This document shows, in pieces, positions 10,933 to 21,106 of a stretch of DNA of 64,000 nucleotides. The DNA comes from Minisyncoccota bacterium (GTDB lineage: Bacteria > Patescibacteriota > Minisyncoccia > UBA6257 > JAVHQB01), in assembly GCA_036170905.1 (NCBI GenBank), contig JAVHQB010000093.1, positions 123-64,122 of the forward strand, read 5' to 3'. The translations under genes were made by a program, and so were the position numbers. Each line of letters begins with the position of its first letter. Position 1 is the stretch's first letter. Below the pieces are notes generated by a model that searched no databases, was not told where the DNA came from, and saw only the letters and a list, made by a program, of their open reading frames with translations.

Positions 10933-11982
10933 TTAAAAATTATTTTTTATGATATTTTTTAAACTAGCGGATTCATCTCGGGCATGGCAATCCTGAAGAC
11001 AGTAATTACGGCATTTTTTTATGCCTATTCTTCTTTTTTTAGCCTTTTCAGAATACCAGATTTTTTTGACTGAAGATTCTTTCCTGATGTTGCCGATTTC
11101 TTCACCACACATCTGAATTACCCCGCCGGGAATTACTGCAAATCTGCGATAACCGGCAAAACAAACCCATTCTCCTTCGCAGATATTCCTCCTAAAATAT
11201 TTTTTGATTAAACGGAAGCTAGGGTAATTCAAACCATAACCTTGCTGCTGGAGAATGTTGATTTTATCTATCATCTGATCGAGCTTATTCAGGCGTTCTC
11301 CGGTAATCCATAAATTATCCTCACCTCCAGATGAATCTTGTTTGTACAGTTTGACGTTATCAAAAACTACGGAAGTTATATATAAGGCATTGATAGATAA
11401 ACTCCTGGCTAAAGAAAAATATTCCTCCAACTCATCAAGGTTATAGTTGGATAGGGTTAAAATCATTACCTTGATTAATTTCTTCGCATTCGGGCAACTG
11501 TTTAAATGCTTTATTCCCTGCATTATTTTATCAAAAGCCCCAGGCTGAGCCCTAATTTTATCATGTGTTGCCGCTTTTGATCCATCAACAGATATCGTAA
11601 TTATATCCAACCCCGACTGGATCAATTCTTTAGCTAAATCTTCCGTTATTAAAGTGCCGTTTGTTGTTAGTATAACCTTCATATCAGAAGCTTTAGCAAA
11701 TTTTATTACATCAAAGATTAATTCACTGATCAATGGTTCGCCGCCGCATAAATTAATCTCTTTTACTCCCCACTCTTTACATTGGCTGATCACACCCTTA
11801 ACCTCTTCTAAAGTCAGATCATCTTCCTTCTTGGCGTCTTTCCAGGCATTGCACATTTTACACCTAAGATTACATCTGCTGGTGAGTGAAATCTGCAGGG
11901 TATCCGGGGGAACTAGAGGATAATTAATTTTCCTCGATAGCCAAAAGCCTATATCCTTTTTTAATTTTACTGAGATATTCAT
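10933..11982 (-). CDS. Radical SAM protein, SPASM/Twitch-like
   Basis: CNLRCKMC, CGGEPL, SVDG, CFAG..CRNYCLQDC. Confidence 0.92.
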   Translation of the reverse strand: MNISVKLKKDIGFWLSRKINYPLVPPDTLQISLTSRCNLRCKMCNAWKDAKKEDDLTLEEVKGVISQCKEWGVKEINLCGGEPLISELIFDVIKFAKASDMKVILTTNGTLITEDLAKELIQSGLDIITISVDGSKAATHDKIRAQPGAFDKIMQGIKHLNSCPNAKKLIKVMILTLSNYNLDELEEYFSLARSLSINALYITSVVFDNVKLYKQDSSGGEDNLWITGERLNKLDQMIDKINILQQQGYGLNYPSFRLIKKYFRRNICEGEWVCFAGYRRFAVIPGGVIQMCGEEIGNIRKESSVKKIWYSEKAKKRRIGIKKCRNYCLQDCHARDESASLKNIIKNNF

Positions 11983-12027
11983 AATTTTGGCCTAAACGCA
12001 TACTTTACTTTAAACCATAACCGATAG

Positions 12028-13917
12028 CTAATCACAAAAGCAGGGTAAAAGACAAGGGTGTTTGCATCCCCTCACCCTGTCCCTGGCCTGCTCACTATCT
12101 TTAGATGCATATATTTCTTTTAAACTATTCTTACGAATATTACCATAACTTTCAAAACACGTAGTTACCTCTCCATTATTAGCGATAAGCATGGTTTTAG
12201 TCGCATAGAGACATTTTACGTCATTTTGGGATAAAGAGCCCCGAAAATATTTTTTTATAAGACTAAGGTTGCTTTCTGAATTACGCACAAGGGCAGGGTT
12301 ATTTCTTTTAAACTCCATAAGGTTATCAATTGTTTTGTCTAAAACAGCGAGCCTGTCCGGAGTAATCCAATATTTAGCGCCTTTTTTCCTCTCATTCATG
12401 GCCAGATTATTCGCAAGCAAAGGCTGGAATTGAATAGAATTTATATTTAACGATTTTAGAAAAATAGCCAGATCCAAAAGCTCTTCTAAATTTTCATTAA
12501 GAATTACTGATATAGAATTAAAGTTTATGCCTGGATATTCTTTTTTAAATTCGGAAAGCATCTTTAAGGCATTAGAAGTTTTATCAAAACATCCCTTGAC
12601 CCCCCTGATTTCATCATGAATTCCCGGGGTTAACGCATCAAGAGAAATGCTTAAAGAAAGGTATCCGCCTGCTAAATACGGAAGTAATCTTTTAATAAAA
12701 TTACCGTTCAATATAACCCCGTTAGTCAATACCCCGACATGATATTCCTTTTCTCGTACAAAATCCAGTATCTCAAAAATATCTTTTCGTATGAGAGGCT
12801 CGCCTCCGGATAAAGCAAAGTCCTTAACCTGCCAATCAAGCGCTTCATTTATAATCCTCCCTACTTCCTTTAAGGTATATTCTTTAACCGGCTTATCTTT
12901 TCTGATCTCGCAAATATTACACTGGAGATTACATCTATGGGATATATCTAAGATAATTAATTCCGGCTTAAGGAAATTTTTATCAAGTATTTTTTTTGTC
13001 CTGCCATACTCGAACGTATTGCCTATTAAGTAATTAATTTTATGTAATACAAAATAAATATAAACTTGGAATTTTTCATAAAAGCTCAACCGATTATGAC
13101 ATCGGATCAAGCGTTTGCCTAAAAGATAAGCAAAGCGCGGTATTTTAATAATATTTATAATTAATCCGGAAATAAAAACAACACTGTTTTTGGTCTTTAT
13201 TTCTTTTAACAAAGGATGATCCTGATGCATATATTGAACTAAATAATTTCCCCTGCCGTACATATATGCCTGCTTTAGAAAAGAAATCAGATCCGTATGA
13301 CAATCATGGAATACTTTTATGTCTTTCTTATAACTGAACCTGTTACCTTTCTTAAAAAGCCGCCAGAAAAAATCCAGATCTTCACCCGCAGGCAAAGGGA
13401 ATAATTCGTCAAACTCGCTGACAAGAGAGGCCCGCTTAAAAGATACATTACAGGTAGGGAAAAATATGGTTTCAGGTTTCCCGTTTATTTCTGTTTCTAT
13501 CGCCCCGTCGCTTAAGAATTGGCTAACCTGTGCCTTAATATTATGGCTGTCAACCTCAGTAAAACCTCCGATTGCTGCAATATGCTCCTCTTGGCTATGC
13601 GCCCGAACCATATTTTTGACCCAATCTTTATCTAGAACGCAATCACTATCCGTAAATCCAACTATCCCTGCCCGGGCATGTTTAATACCTAAGTTTCTGG
13701 CAGCAGCAGGGCCCCTATGGCTCTGGATAAAATACTTTAAATTTGGATTTATCTTAGAAAGCGCGCAAAGCATATCCTTGGTCCCATCAACCGAACCATC
13801 ATCTATAACGATTATCTCAAAAGCGTCTCCGGGATAACTCTGCACAAATAAAGAGTCCAGACAAAATTTAAGTTTAACCTTTCGATTATAAGTGGGAATT
13901 ATTACAGATATGTCCAT
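12028..13917 (-). CDS. Fusion of GT2 glycosyltransferase and radical SAM domain
   Basis: N-terminal ISVIIPTYNR, DDGS, GPAAARNLG, FTDSDC, GEDLDF; C-terminal CNLQCNIC, SGGEPL, CKHPCLLPC. Confidence 0.93.
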   Translation of the reverse strand: MDISVIIPTYNRKVKLKFCLDSLFVQSYPGDAFEIIVIDDGSVDGTKDMLCALSKINPNLKYFIQSHRGPAAARNLGIKHARAGIVGFTDSDCVLDKDWVKNMVRAHSQEEHIAAIGGFTEVDSHNIKAQVSQFLSDGAIETEINGKPETIFFPTCNVSFKRASLVSEFDELFPLPAGEDLDFFWRLFKKGNRFSYKKDIKVFHDCHTDLISFLKQAYMYGRGNYLVQYMHQDHPLLKEIKTKNSVVFISGLIINIIKIPRFAYLLGKRLIRCHNRLSFYEKFQVYIYFVLHKINYLIGNTFEYGRTKKILDKNFLKPELIILDISHRCNLQCNICEIRKDKPVKEYTLKEVGRIINEALDWQVKDFALSGGEPLIRKDIFEILDFVREKEYHVGVLTNGVILNGNFIKRLLPYLAGGYLSLSISLDALTPGIHDEIRGVKGCFDKTSNALKMLSEFKKEYPGINFNSISVILNENLEELLDLAIFLKSLNINSIQFQPLLANNLAMNERKKGAKYWITPDRLAVLDKTIDNLMEFKRNNPALVRNSESNLSLIKKYFRGSLSQNDVKCLYATKTMLIANNGEVTTCFESYGNIRKNSLKEIYASKDSEQARDRVRGCKHPCLLPCFCD

Positions 13918-16632
13918 TTACTTACCGTGTATGTTTAGGATACCGGAAAAATATGGATACTTACCCGGGGAAAAGTTTGTTTTTAAAGAAGATGAATACT
14001 GTAAAACTCTACCACGATGATACCGGTCAGAATTTATTATTTTAAGACACCATTCTGGATTTAATTTTTGGAGAAATAAAGAAACTTCCGGTAGGTTATG
14101 CATAAGGTTCTCTTTCAGGCTGATAAGCTTGTCGTTTTGTTTGCCACACCATAGACAATCCCAATCATCATCAATATCATCCCTAAATTCCGGGAAATAA
14201 CCTTCATCCTTACCCACTAGCCATTGGGAGAACTTCTCAGAAAACATGATATTCGCCTGAAGACGATCTAGGTCAACCTCCTTCTCTACTTCTAAATTAA
14301 CCCTCCATTCAAACAATCCCGTATTCCCAACTACAATTTCCCACTCCTGGAATAGGGGCAAATCCAACCATTTACCGACAGCTTTAATTTTCCGGCTATC
14401 TTTGTAAACGATTTTCCAATGAGCAGATGAAAAAGAATCATACCAGCGGCCGTTGGAGCGCATTGAAGTATATAACGCAATATTCTTGGTAATCTCCTTT
14501 GCGTTTTTATAAAACTTCCCACTTCCTCTATTAAATACAAATCTGATAGCTTTATCTTCAATGATATTATCAGAATATTCGATGTTCATTAATTTATTCT
14601 TATCTAAAGAAAACTTGGCCTTAAAAACCTCATACTTACCGGGAGAGAATACAACCTTTGTTTCCGGCTCTACCCTTTCTAAGTGCAGGAGCCTTGCCTT
14701 ACCATATGAATTAGAATTAAAAACTTTTACAAAATTACCTAATTTCTCAGAAAAGAATAATGATAATGTCGGCAATTTCCCACTAGGATCATGTAATCCT
14801 ACCCGTCCTGTGGAAATACACCTTTTTAACAAGTCTACATCTACATCATTAAATGTGTCACTGAATTTCTCAGAGATAAATTCGCTAAAGAATAACTTAA
14901 AATCTTCAGAAAAAAAACATCTCAGGCGCTGCCGCTCGATAGCTATATTTTGGTTAACTTCCATATCGACATCCCAGGTAAAAGAATGGTCTTCGGATAT
15001 ATTAATCCGCCATATTTGAGAAATTCCAAGATCATTCCAGCTACCACGGGCAATCAATTTATTTTCTGCCACTTTTTCTAAGGACCAGGAAGCTGAATTT
15101 GAAGCAAACCAACTTTGCTTTATAAGAAATTCAGAATACATATGGCCAGCCTTAGTTAAAGCAATGTTATCAAATAATACAGTCAGCTTGCCATTATCAA
15201 AGACTAATTTCAACTTTCCGCTTGATATAATAAATTCCTTTTGCACCTTAGAGATATAATCATCGATATCATGGACATCAACAATTATTTTACTGGAAAA
15301 ACAGATCCGCCGGCTCGATTGGTTAATCTGCCCTCCGGAAAAGGGGATTATTTTATATTGCAGTATGCGGCCAGGATTAATATAATCAGAATTGAAGATG
15401 CCTGCATAGCCATGGTATCTTAAGCGTGCTTGCTCAAAAAGTAATGCCGGGAGCTTACCGGAAGAAGGATTCTGCGAATATACGCCAATACAAGCAGTTG
15501 AATTATTTTTAAGTGATACAGATTTCCAATACTTATCTTCCTCCTTTATGGCAGAAAACTCTCCTTGTTCTAAATCAGCAACCCACTTTTTATAACCATC
15601 AACCAGCGCAATATTAACACACACCTCAGGCAACTGTGTATCTTTTTCTAATTCAATTTCTATATCCCAGTTAATCTCATAATTGTCAGAAACCCCTATC
15701 CTCCAAATCTGAGCCATTGCAAGATGGTAAAACTTGCCAGTTGCTACAAGTTTACCATTGGACTCCTCAACATCCCATTCTGCCTGGGTAGAACTATACC
15801 ATGCATCAGCTACTCGAAATACCGTATAAACCCCGGATGAAAGCGTAATTAATTTACCTTCCCAATTCAATAGTAACTTACCATTATTAAATACCAGATT
15901 GAACTGCTTTCTTTCAATAATAGCTATCCCTTTTGGACTACCGACTGTCTGTGAATAAAAAGATAATGCCTTGGTCGTCTCTTCATCTTTAATCAGCATT
16001 CCCTGCTTTAAAAATATTGTCCTTGCGCAGAGTTTTTGCAACATAGTCATATCATGAGTAACAATAATAACGGTCTTGCCTTTTTGTTTTATCTCGAATA
16101 TTTCCTTAATGCATTTTCTCTGGAAATACTCATCTCCCACAGCCAGCGTATCATCTACAAGAAAAATATCGGAGTCCATATGCACTGCTATGGCAAATGC
16201 CAAACGCACAAACATGCCTTGAGAATAGCATTTTACCGGAGCATCGATAAACTTGCCGATTTCAGCAAAATCAATAATCTGCTGAAACTTTTCTTTAGCC
16301 TGATCTGCACGCAAACCAAAGAGTTCAAACTGCAGAGAAATGTTCTCCCGGCCGGTAAGCTCTGTCTGAAAGCCTGCACCCAACTCCAAAAGCCCGGAGA
16401 CGCTGCCTGAAACTGCTATTTCACCGCGATCAGGCTTTAACATGCCCGCAATTAATTTTAAAAGGGTAGACTTACCTGACCCGTTTTCACCGATAATTCC
16501 CAACGACTCTCCTTTTTCCATAGAGAAATTGATTCCTCGTAAAGCCCAGAAATTATCCCAGGAGGCCTTACCGTTAATCATAAACTTAATCCGGTACATC
16601 TCCCAGGCATCTTTAAATTCAATTATAGGCAT
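13918..16632 (-). CDS. wzt: Polysaccharide ABC exporter ATP-binding subunit with a ~670-aa three-repeat C-terminal extension
   Basis: Walker A GENGSGKST, LLELGAGF, signature YSQGMFVRLAFA, AVGDEYFQRKC, H-loop VTHD; adjacent to wzm. Confidence 0.92.
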   Translation of the reverse strand: MPIIEFKDAWEMYRIKFMINGKASWDNFWALRGINFSMEKGESLGIIGENGSGKSTLLKLIAGMLKPDRGEIAVSGSVSGLLELGAGFQTELTGRENISLQFELFGLRADQAKEKFQQIIDFAEIGKFIDAPVKCYSQGMFVRLAFAIAVHMDSDIFLVDDTLAVGDEYFQRKCIKEIFEIKQKGKTVIIVTHDMTMLQKLCARTIFLKQGMLIKDEETTKALSFYSQTVGSPKGIAIIERKQFNLVFNNGKLLLNWEGKLITLSSGVYTVFRVADAWYSSTQAEWDVEESNGKLVATGKFYHLAMAQIWRIGVSDNYEINWDIEIELEKDTQLPEVCVNIALVDGYKKWVADLEQGEFSAIKEEDKYWKSVSLKNNSTACIGVYSQNPSSGKLPALLFEQARLRYHGYAGIFNSDYINPGRILQYKIIPFSGGQINQSSRRICFSSKIIVDVHDIDDYISKVQKEFIISSGKLKLVFDNGKLTVLFDNIALTKAGHMYSEFLIKQSWFASNSASWSLEKVAENKLIARGSWNDLGISQIWRINISEDHSFTWDVDMEVNQNIAIERQRLRCFFSEDFKLFFSEFISEKFSDTFNDVDVDLLKRCISTGRVGLHDPSGKLPTLSLFFSEKLGNFVKVFNSNSYGKARLLHLERVEPETKVVFSPGKYEVFKAKFSLDKNKLMNIEYSDNIIEDKAIRFVFNRGSGKFYKNAKEITKNIALYTSMRSNGRWYDSFSSAHWKIVYKDSRKIKAVGKWLDLPLFQEWEIVVGNTGLFEWRVNLEVEKEVDLDRLQANIMFSEKFSQWLVGKDEGYFPEFRDDIDDDWDCLWCGKQNDKLISLKENLMHNLPEVSLFLQKLNPEWCLKIINSDRYHRGRVLQYSSSLKTNFSPGKYPYFSGILNIHGK

Positions 16633-16633
16633 A

Positions 16634-17425
16634 TTAAATACGCTTTAATGCGCTCGCTTCAAGCCGGATTGACACCAATAACCCAATAAACAAACTAGAG
16701 AAAGTCCAGCCGATAACTCCCAAAAATGTTGCCAGATCGGGCATTTTGGCCCCAAAGATTATATCCCGATAGCAAAGAATGAACGTCGACATAGGATTAA
16801 AATTAAAAACCCATCTGAATTTCACAGGGACCATTTCAATAGAATAGAACACAGGTGTAACCCAAAACCAAAACATAAACAGAATTCCCATCAGGTGTTC
16901 TAGGTCGCGAAAAAGAATATTGACTACGCTAAGTAACAAAGCAATTCCGCAGGTGAAAAAATAAGTCAATAAAAATAGCACTAGCAACCAAGGGGCCAGG
17001 AGAAGAATCTTAGGATTGTGGAAAACAAAGATTGGATAAACGATACACCAGCTCATAAGAAAATTCATAAAATAAGATAGCACCGAACTTAAAGGCAGTA
17101 TTTCTTTTGGTAAACTAAATTGATGCAGAACGCTTTTTTGAGCTAATAAAGAAGGGGTAGCTTCGGATAAGGCTCCACAAAAAAACATCCACGGCAGGAT
17201 ACCTGTAAGAACAAACAGAGAAAAATCCTTTACTTCAGTTTTAAAAACAGCGGTAAATACAAAAGTTATTACCAGCATCATTAAAAGAGGATTTATTATC
17301 ACCCAAAAAAAGCCTAAAATAGAACCGGCATATTTAGCCTTAAGTTGTTTCCCTGATATGCTCCATAAAGAACGCCGATAGGAATATATTTTCCGAATTT
17401 TTTCTATAATCAAGCTTAGGGACAT
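16634..17425 (-). CDS. wzm: Polysaccharide ABC exporter permease (ABC-2)
   Basis: KYAGSILGFFWVIINPL, RDLEHL, FWVTPVFY, NPM; multiple TM segments. Confidence 0.93.
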   Translation of the reverse strand: MSLSLIIEKIRKIYSYRRSLWSISGKQLKAKYAGSILGFFWVIINPLLMMLVITFVFTAVFKTEVKDFSLFVLTGILPWMFFCGALSEATPSLLAQKSVLHQFSLPKEILPLSSVLSYFMNFLMSWCIVYPIFVFHNPKILLLAPWLLVLFLLTYFFTCGIALLLSVVNILFRDLEHLMGILFMFWFWVTPVFYSIEMVPVKFRWVFNFNPMSTFILCYRDIIFGAKMPDLATFLGVIGWTFSSLFIGLLVSIRLEASALKRI

Positions 17426-18717
17426 TTTATTTTCTCGGCTACCCTTTGGCCATCAAGTATAGCATCTTCCATAGACATATACTGCCAGTTTCCGTAACGG
17501 CCGCAGGCAATTATATTATTACGCAGTAAAAATTCTTTTATTGTTTTAGTTGCCTGCGAATAATGCTGATCATAAATAGGATAACCGTATTTTATATCAT
17601 TGGTGTCTGAAACTAACACTTTGTTTTTTTTATTCAAGATCCCGATTCTGTTAAGATCATTTAAAATCCGCTTAACAATCTTTCCTCTGGAAATTGGCTT
17701 ACTTTTTGAATATGCAACCTCCGCATATAAAGAACTCCTACCCTTAGGAGCAATAGTATTGGAAAAATTATGGAAGAATCCAGCCCTAAAAAATATAGTT
17801 TCTTGATGCGGAAAATACACCCAATGTTTACCGTCTCGGTAGCTTCCCTCTACGCCAAGATTCAAATTAAAAATTGAATTCCAGCGCAGTTTTTTGAAAC
17901 TGCTAAGAATTTTATCAGGTAACGGCTTGATTATTCTTATCAATTCAGGTAAAGGTATTGTTGAAATTAAGATATCGAATCTTTTCTTACCCGCGCCTAT
18001 AATAGTTATCTCCTTTTTTTCAAGATCAATTTCACTTATGCAACAATTCTTGTAAACATCGCCAATCTGTTTTTCAAATGCCTGAGGAAGTTGTCCTATT
18101 CCTCCTTTTCTGGGATACCAAAAGATAGCATTATAACCAAAACCATCCCTGCTCTTGCCAAAGAACCCGCTAGCTATATCTACTAGGCTGAGCTGGGGAA
18201 TAAATTTATCAGTCCAGGCGCAAGTCATTTGGCTCAAAGGAACTGTCCAAAATTTCTTATTATAAGGAATCATAAAATGCCTGGCTATACCTTTGCCAAA
18301 GGTAGTATTTATCCATTTTAGAAAATTTACCTGGCTTTTACTGGCCCAAGAACTGCTAGCCTGAATAAATTCCAATAAACATTCCCTGGCTATTGGCTTA
18401 GGTAAGGCATAGAGATTAGCCTGAAAGGGATAGCGGCTAAAAATACCGAAATTACTGATCCAGGCGCTTCTTTCATGACGTACCAAATTCCCCTTTAATA
18501 GTTTTCTCACCAGCCTCAGCGTATAACTGTTGCGAAAATGCAAAAGGTGGCCGTCATAATCAAAAATAAAACCATTGATTTGCTTAGAGCGACACAGACC
18601 GCCTACTGTATTTTCTTTTTCAAATACAGTAGCCCCTATCCCTCTTTTCTTAAGATGCCAGGCAGTACTTAAACCTGCAAGGCCTGCCCCTAAAATAACA
18701 ATCTTCTTTTTAGTCAT
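17416..18717 (-). CDS. FAD-dependent oxidoreductase (HemY-like / UDP-galactopyranose-mutase-like family common in glycan loci)
   Basis: GAGLAGL Rossmann motif, GGLCRS, FDYDGH, YPRKGGIG, GRYGNWQYMSME. Confidence 0.8.
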   Translation of the reverse strand: MTKKKIVILGAGLAGLSTAWHLKKRGIGATVFEKENTVGGLCRSKQINGFIFDYDGHLLHFRNSYTLRLVRKLLKGNLVRHERSAWISNFGIFSRYPFQANLYALPKPIARECLLEFIQASSSWASKSQVNFLKWINTTFGKGIARHFMIPYNKKFWTVPLSQMTCAWTDKFIPQLSLVDIASGFFGKSRDGFGYNAIFWYPRKGGIGQLPQAFEKQIGDVYKNCCISEIDLEKKEITIIGAGKKRFDILISTIPLPELIRIIKPLPDKILSSFKKLRWNSIFNLNLGVEGSYRDGKHWVYFPHQETIFFRAGFFHNFSNTIAPKGRSSLYAEVAYSKSKPISRGKIVKRILNDLNRIGILNKKNKVLVSDTNDIKYGYPIYDQHYSQATKTIKEFLLRNNIIACGRYGNWQYMSMEDAILDGQRVAEKIKCP

Positions 18718-19693
18718 TTGTTTCTATTTTTACCAACCTCCAGAATATACTTATACTAAATAAGAAAACAGTTGTAATAATACCCGCTGCGAATAGATTA
18801 TTTACCCTGGTCAGGACAACACCACAGCTAGCAAAAATAGAGCATAATAAATACATAATCAAAATTGTTTTGGCTGGCGAAAAACCCAAGGTACCGATTT
18901 TTAATGCAAGATGGTCTCTGCTTTTCTTGAAAGGCGGCCTTCTTTTAATTACCCTGAAGATAACTAGCAATATGGTATCAATAATCGGCAAACCCAGGAT
19001 CATTACCGGACTAAGCAGGGCAAAAGCATTATTAAGAGACGCGTAATGCGTAATTAGGGCGATGGAAGAAATGAGCAAACCCAAGAAATGGCTGCCGGAG
19101 TTACCCAGATAAGCCCTAGCCGGAGGAAGGTTAAAAATTAGAAATCCAGCGCTGCCTGCGCACAAAATAAGACTAAGAATCTGTACATTTAAATCTGCGC
19201 TCAAAAAACCTATCAGCAGGAATGCGCTACTTATAATCAAAGCCGTCCCTGCAGCTAAACCATCCATAATATCCAGCAGATTAAAGGCATTGGTCATACC
19301 TAAAATCCAAAAAAAAGTAATTACAGCATTACCCCAAAAACCAAGATACATAATATCTGTCCTTATTCCAAATAAAATTAATAAAACCGCGCAAAATGAT
19401 TGCGCCAGGAATTTCTGCGCTACCGACAATTCTCTTAAATCGTCAATTACGCCGAAAAACAAAACGAGCAGACAAACACCTGTTACTGCCAATACCTTAA
19501 CTAGAGCAAGATCGAATGTAAAAACACCTAAACCCGAAGAAAAAATAAAGGCCAGCCCTATGCCTAATCCCCCTACCAAAGGAATATTCTTGGTTTGAAG
19601 CATTTTGTATCTTAAAGAAATTTTTGTTAGTAAGAATGTAAAAAACGCGCTAGAGATCAGGGCGCTAGTAAAAATAATCAAATATTTAAGCAT
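18710..19693 (-). CDS. MraY/WecA-family polyprenyl-phosphate sugar-1-phosphate transferase
   Basis: PLVGGLGI, GVIDDL, NAFNLLDIMDGL, FNLPPARAYLGNSGS, RDHL. Confidence 0.92.
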   Translation of the reverse strand: MLKYLIIFTSALISSAFFTFLLTKISLRYKMLQTKNIPLVGGLGIGLAFIFSSGLGVFTFDLALVKVLAVTGVCLLVLFFGVIDDLRELSVAQKFLAQSFCAVLLILFGIRTDIMYLGFWGNAVITFFWILGMTNAFNLLDIMDGLAAGTALIISSAFLLIGFLSADLNVQILSLILCAGSAGFLIFNLPPARAYLGNSGSHFLGLLISSIALITHYASLNNAFALLSPVMILGLPIIDTILLVIFRVIKRRPPFKKSRDHLALKIGTLGFSPAKTILIMYLLCSIFASCGVVLTRVNNLFAAGIITTVFLFSISIFWRLVKIETND

Positions 19694-20846
19694 TTTGGCC
19701 CCCTTGCAATAAATTAAAATATATTTCTTCGGTATGCTTAAGCATGCTACTTAATAAAAACTCTTCCGCATCTATTTTTTCCCTGGATAACTTTGAGAAT
19801 TCATATCTCTCTGGAGCATTGCTTAATAATTCCCCTACCCGATTCTGCATAGATTGTATATCACGCGTCTTAACCAAACAACCTGTTTTCCCGTTTACAA
19901 CAACCTCCCCGATGCCGCCGGTATCAGTAGCCACCAACGGAACTCCTGCAGCCATTGCTTCCAAGACTACTATCGGTAATCCTTCCCACAATGAAGTCAG
20001 CACAAAAATATCCAGGCAAGATAAAATCAAAGGTATATCATTATGCCAACCGGTTAAAATAACCTGCCCTTTTAAATTAAGTTTCTTTATCAGGGTACAA
20101 ACCTTCTGGCGTAACAAACCATCGCCAACCAGGATAAATTTAGCATCAGGAAAGTCCTTTTTAATTGCACCGGCTAATTTTATAAAATCCAAAGGAGATT
20201 TCTGGGGCTTAAAACAAGCGACCATACCCACCACTAAATCAAGATCGCTTAATCCCAGAGATTTCCTGGCTATAGAGCGTTTTTCCCTGCTCTTAAACTC
20301 ATTACAATTTATACTATATCTAATCAAGACATACTGACTTTTTTTACCAACCGAATTATTTAACCCCTTATCTTTATCGTACCTGGAAACTACGATTATT
20401 TTGCTTGTAAAAGTCGCGCAGACCTTTTCCAAAAACAGATAAAAATAATAAACAATCCTAGGTTGATAATCATGAAAACTCCAGCCGTGAACAGTATGGA
20501 TAATAACTGGTATTTTCGCAAATTTTGCAGCAAAACGTCCTAAAATCCCTGCCTTAGAACTATGCGTATGAACAATCTGTATTTTATTTTTTCTAATGAA
20601 ACTATACACTTCAACTAAAGCCAAGACATCTTTAAAAGGGTTTATCGAACGCTCTAAAAATCTTGACCTATGCAAAGTTAGCTTATCTATAGAGACTGCT
20701 TCATTGATTAATAAACCGTCTTTGGCAGTAAATAAAAAAATATTGTATTTTTCTTTATCCGAGCTGCTAATCAAGCTTAGTAATTGTTTCTGAGCGCCCC
20801 CCAATTCCAGCTTAGTAATAAGATAAAGAAGGTTAATTTTAGGCAT
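19686..20846 (-). CDS. GT4 glycosyltransferase
   Basis: LGGAQ, HTHSSKAG, PQKSP, WEGLPIVVLEAMAAGVP. Confidence 0.94.
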   Translation of the reverse strand: MPKINLLYLITKLELGGAQKQLLSLISSSDKEKYNIFLFTAKDGLLINEAVSIDKLTLHRSRFLERSINPFKDVLALVEVYSFIRKNKIQIVHTHSSKAGILGRFAAKFAKIPVIIHTVHGWSFHDYQPRIVYYFYLFLEKVCATFTSKIIVVSRYDKDKGLNNSVGKKSQYVLIRYSINCNEFKSREKRSIARKSLGLSDLDLVVGMVACFKPQKSPLDFIKLAGAIKKDFPDAKFILVGDGLLRQKVCTLIKKLNLKGQVILTGWHNDIPLILSCLDIFVLTSLWEGLPIVVLEAMAAGVPLVATDTGGIGEVVVNGKTGCLVKTRDIQSMQNRVGELLSNAPERYEFSKLSREKIDAEEFLLSSMLKHTEEIYFNLLQGGQNA

Positions 20847-20932
20847 TCTATAGACAAGTTAAAAGGTCATCTGCTCTAATCAATTCTATCATACTAGCCG
20901 CAGCTAAAGGAACTCTTTTATGACTCCTGAAT

Positions 20933-21106
20933 TTATTTCTGATCTTGAACCATAGTTAACCCTAAGATTACCCACTATACAAAAACCACTTTAGGTAGAA
21001 AAAACGTAAAATCTAAAAAGTTATGAATTAAAAACGCGACGCTTGCTACAAACAATCCCGCAATCTGATTCTTATCAAATAAAGAGGAGAATGTCAAACT
21101 CGGCAT
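20933..21106 (-). pseudogene. Decayed C-terminal fragment of an O-antigen ligase/Wzy_C-like membrane protein
   Basis: Manual translation ...GLFVASVAFLIHNFLDFTFFLPKVVFV*WVILGLTMVQDQK*. Resembles the O-antigen-ligase C-terminal HxxxD helix; internal TAG (20975-20977) sits where W (TGG) would be expected. Confidence 0.6.

Noticed and set aside
20975-20977. Amber read-through (pyrrolysine or recoded TAG)
   Set aside because: TAG ends several intact genes here (12028, 45892, 47616, 48394) and the fragment lacks its 5' part; a TGG-to-TAG nonsense change is simpler.
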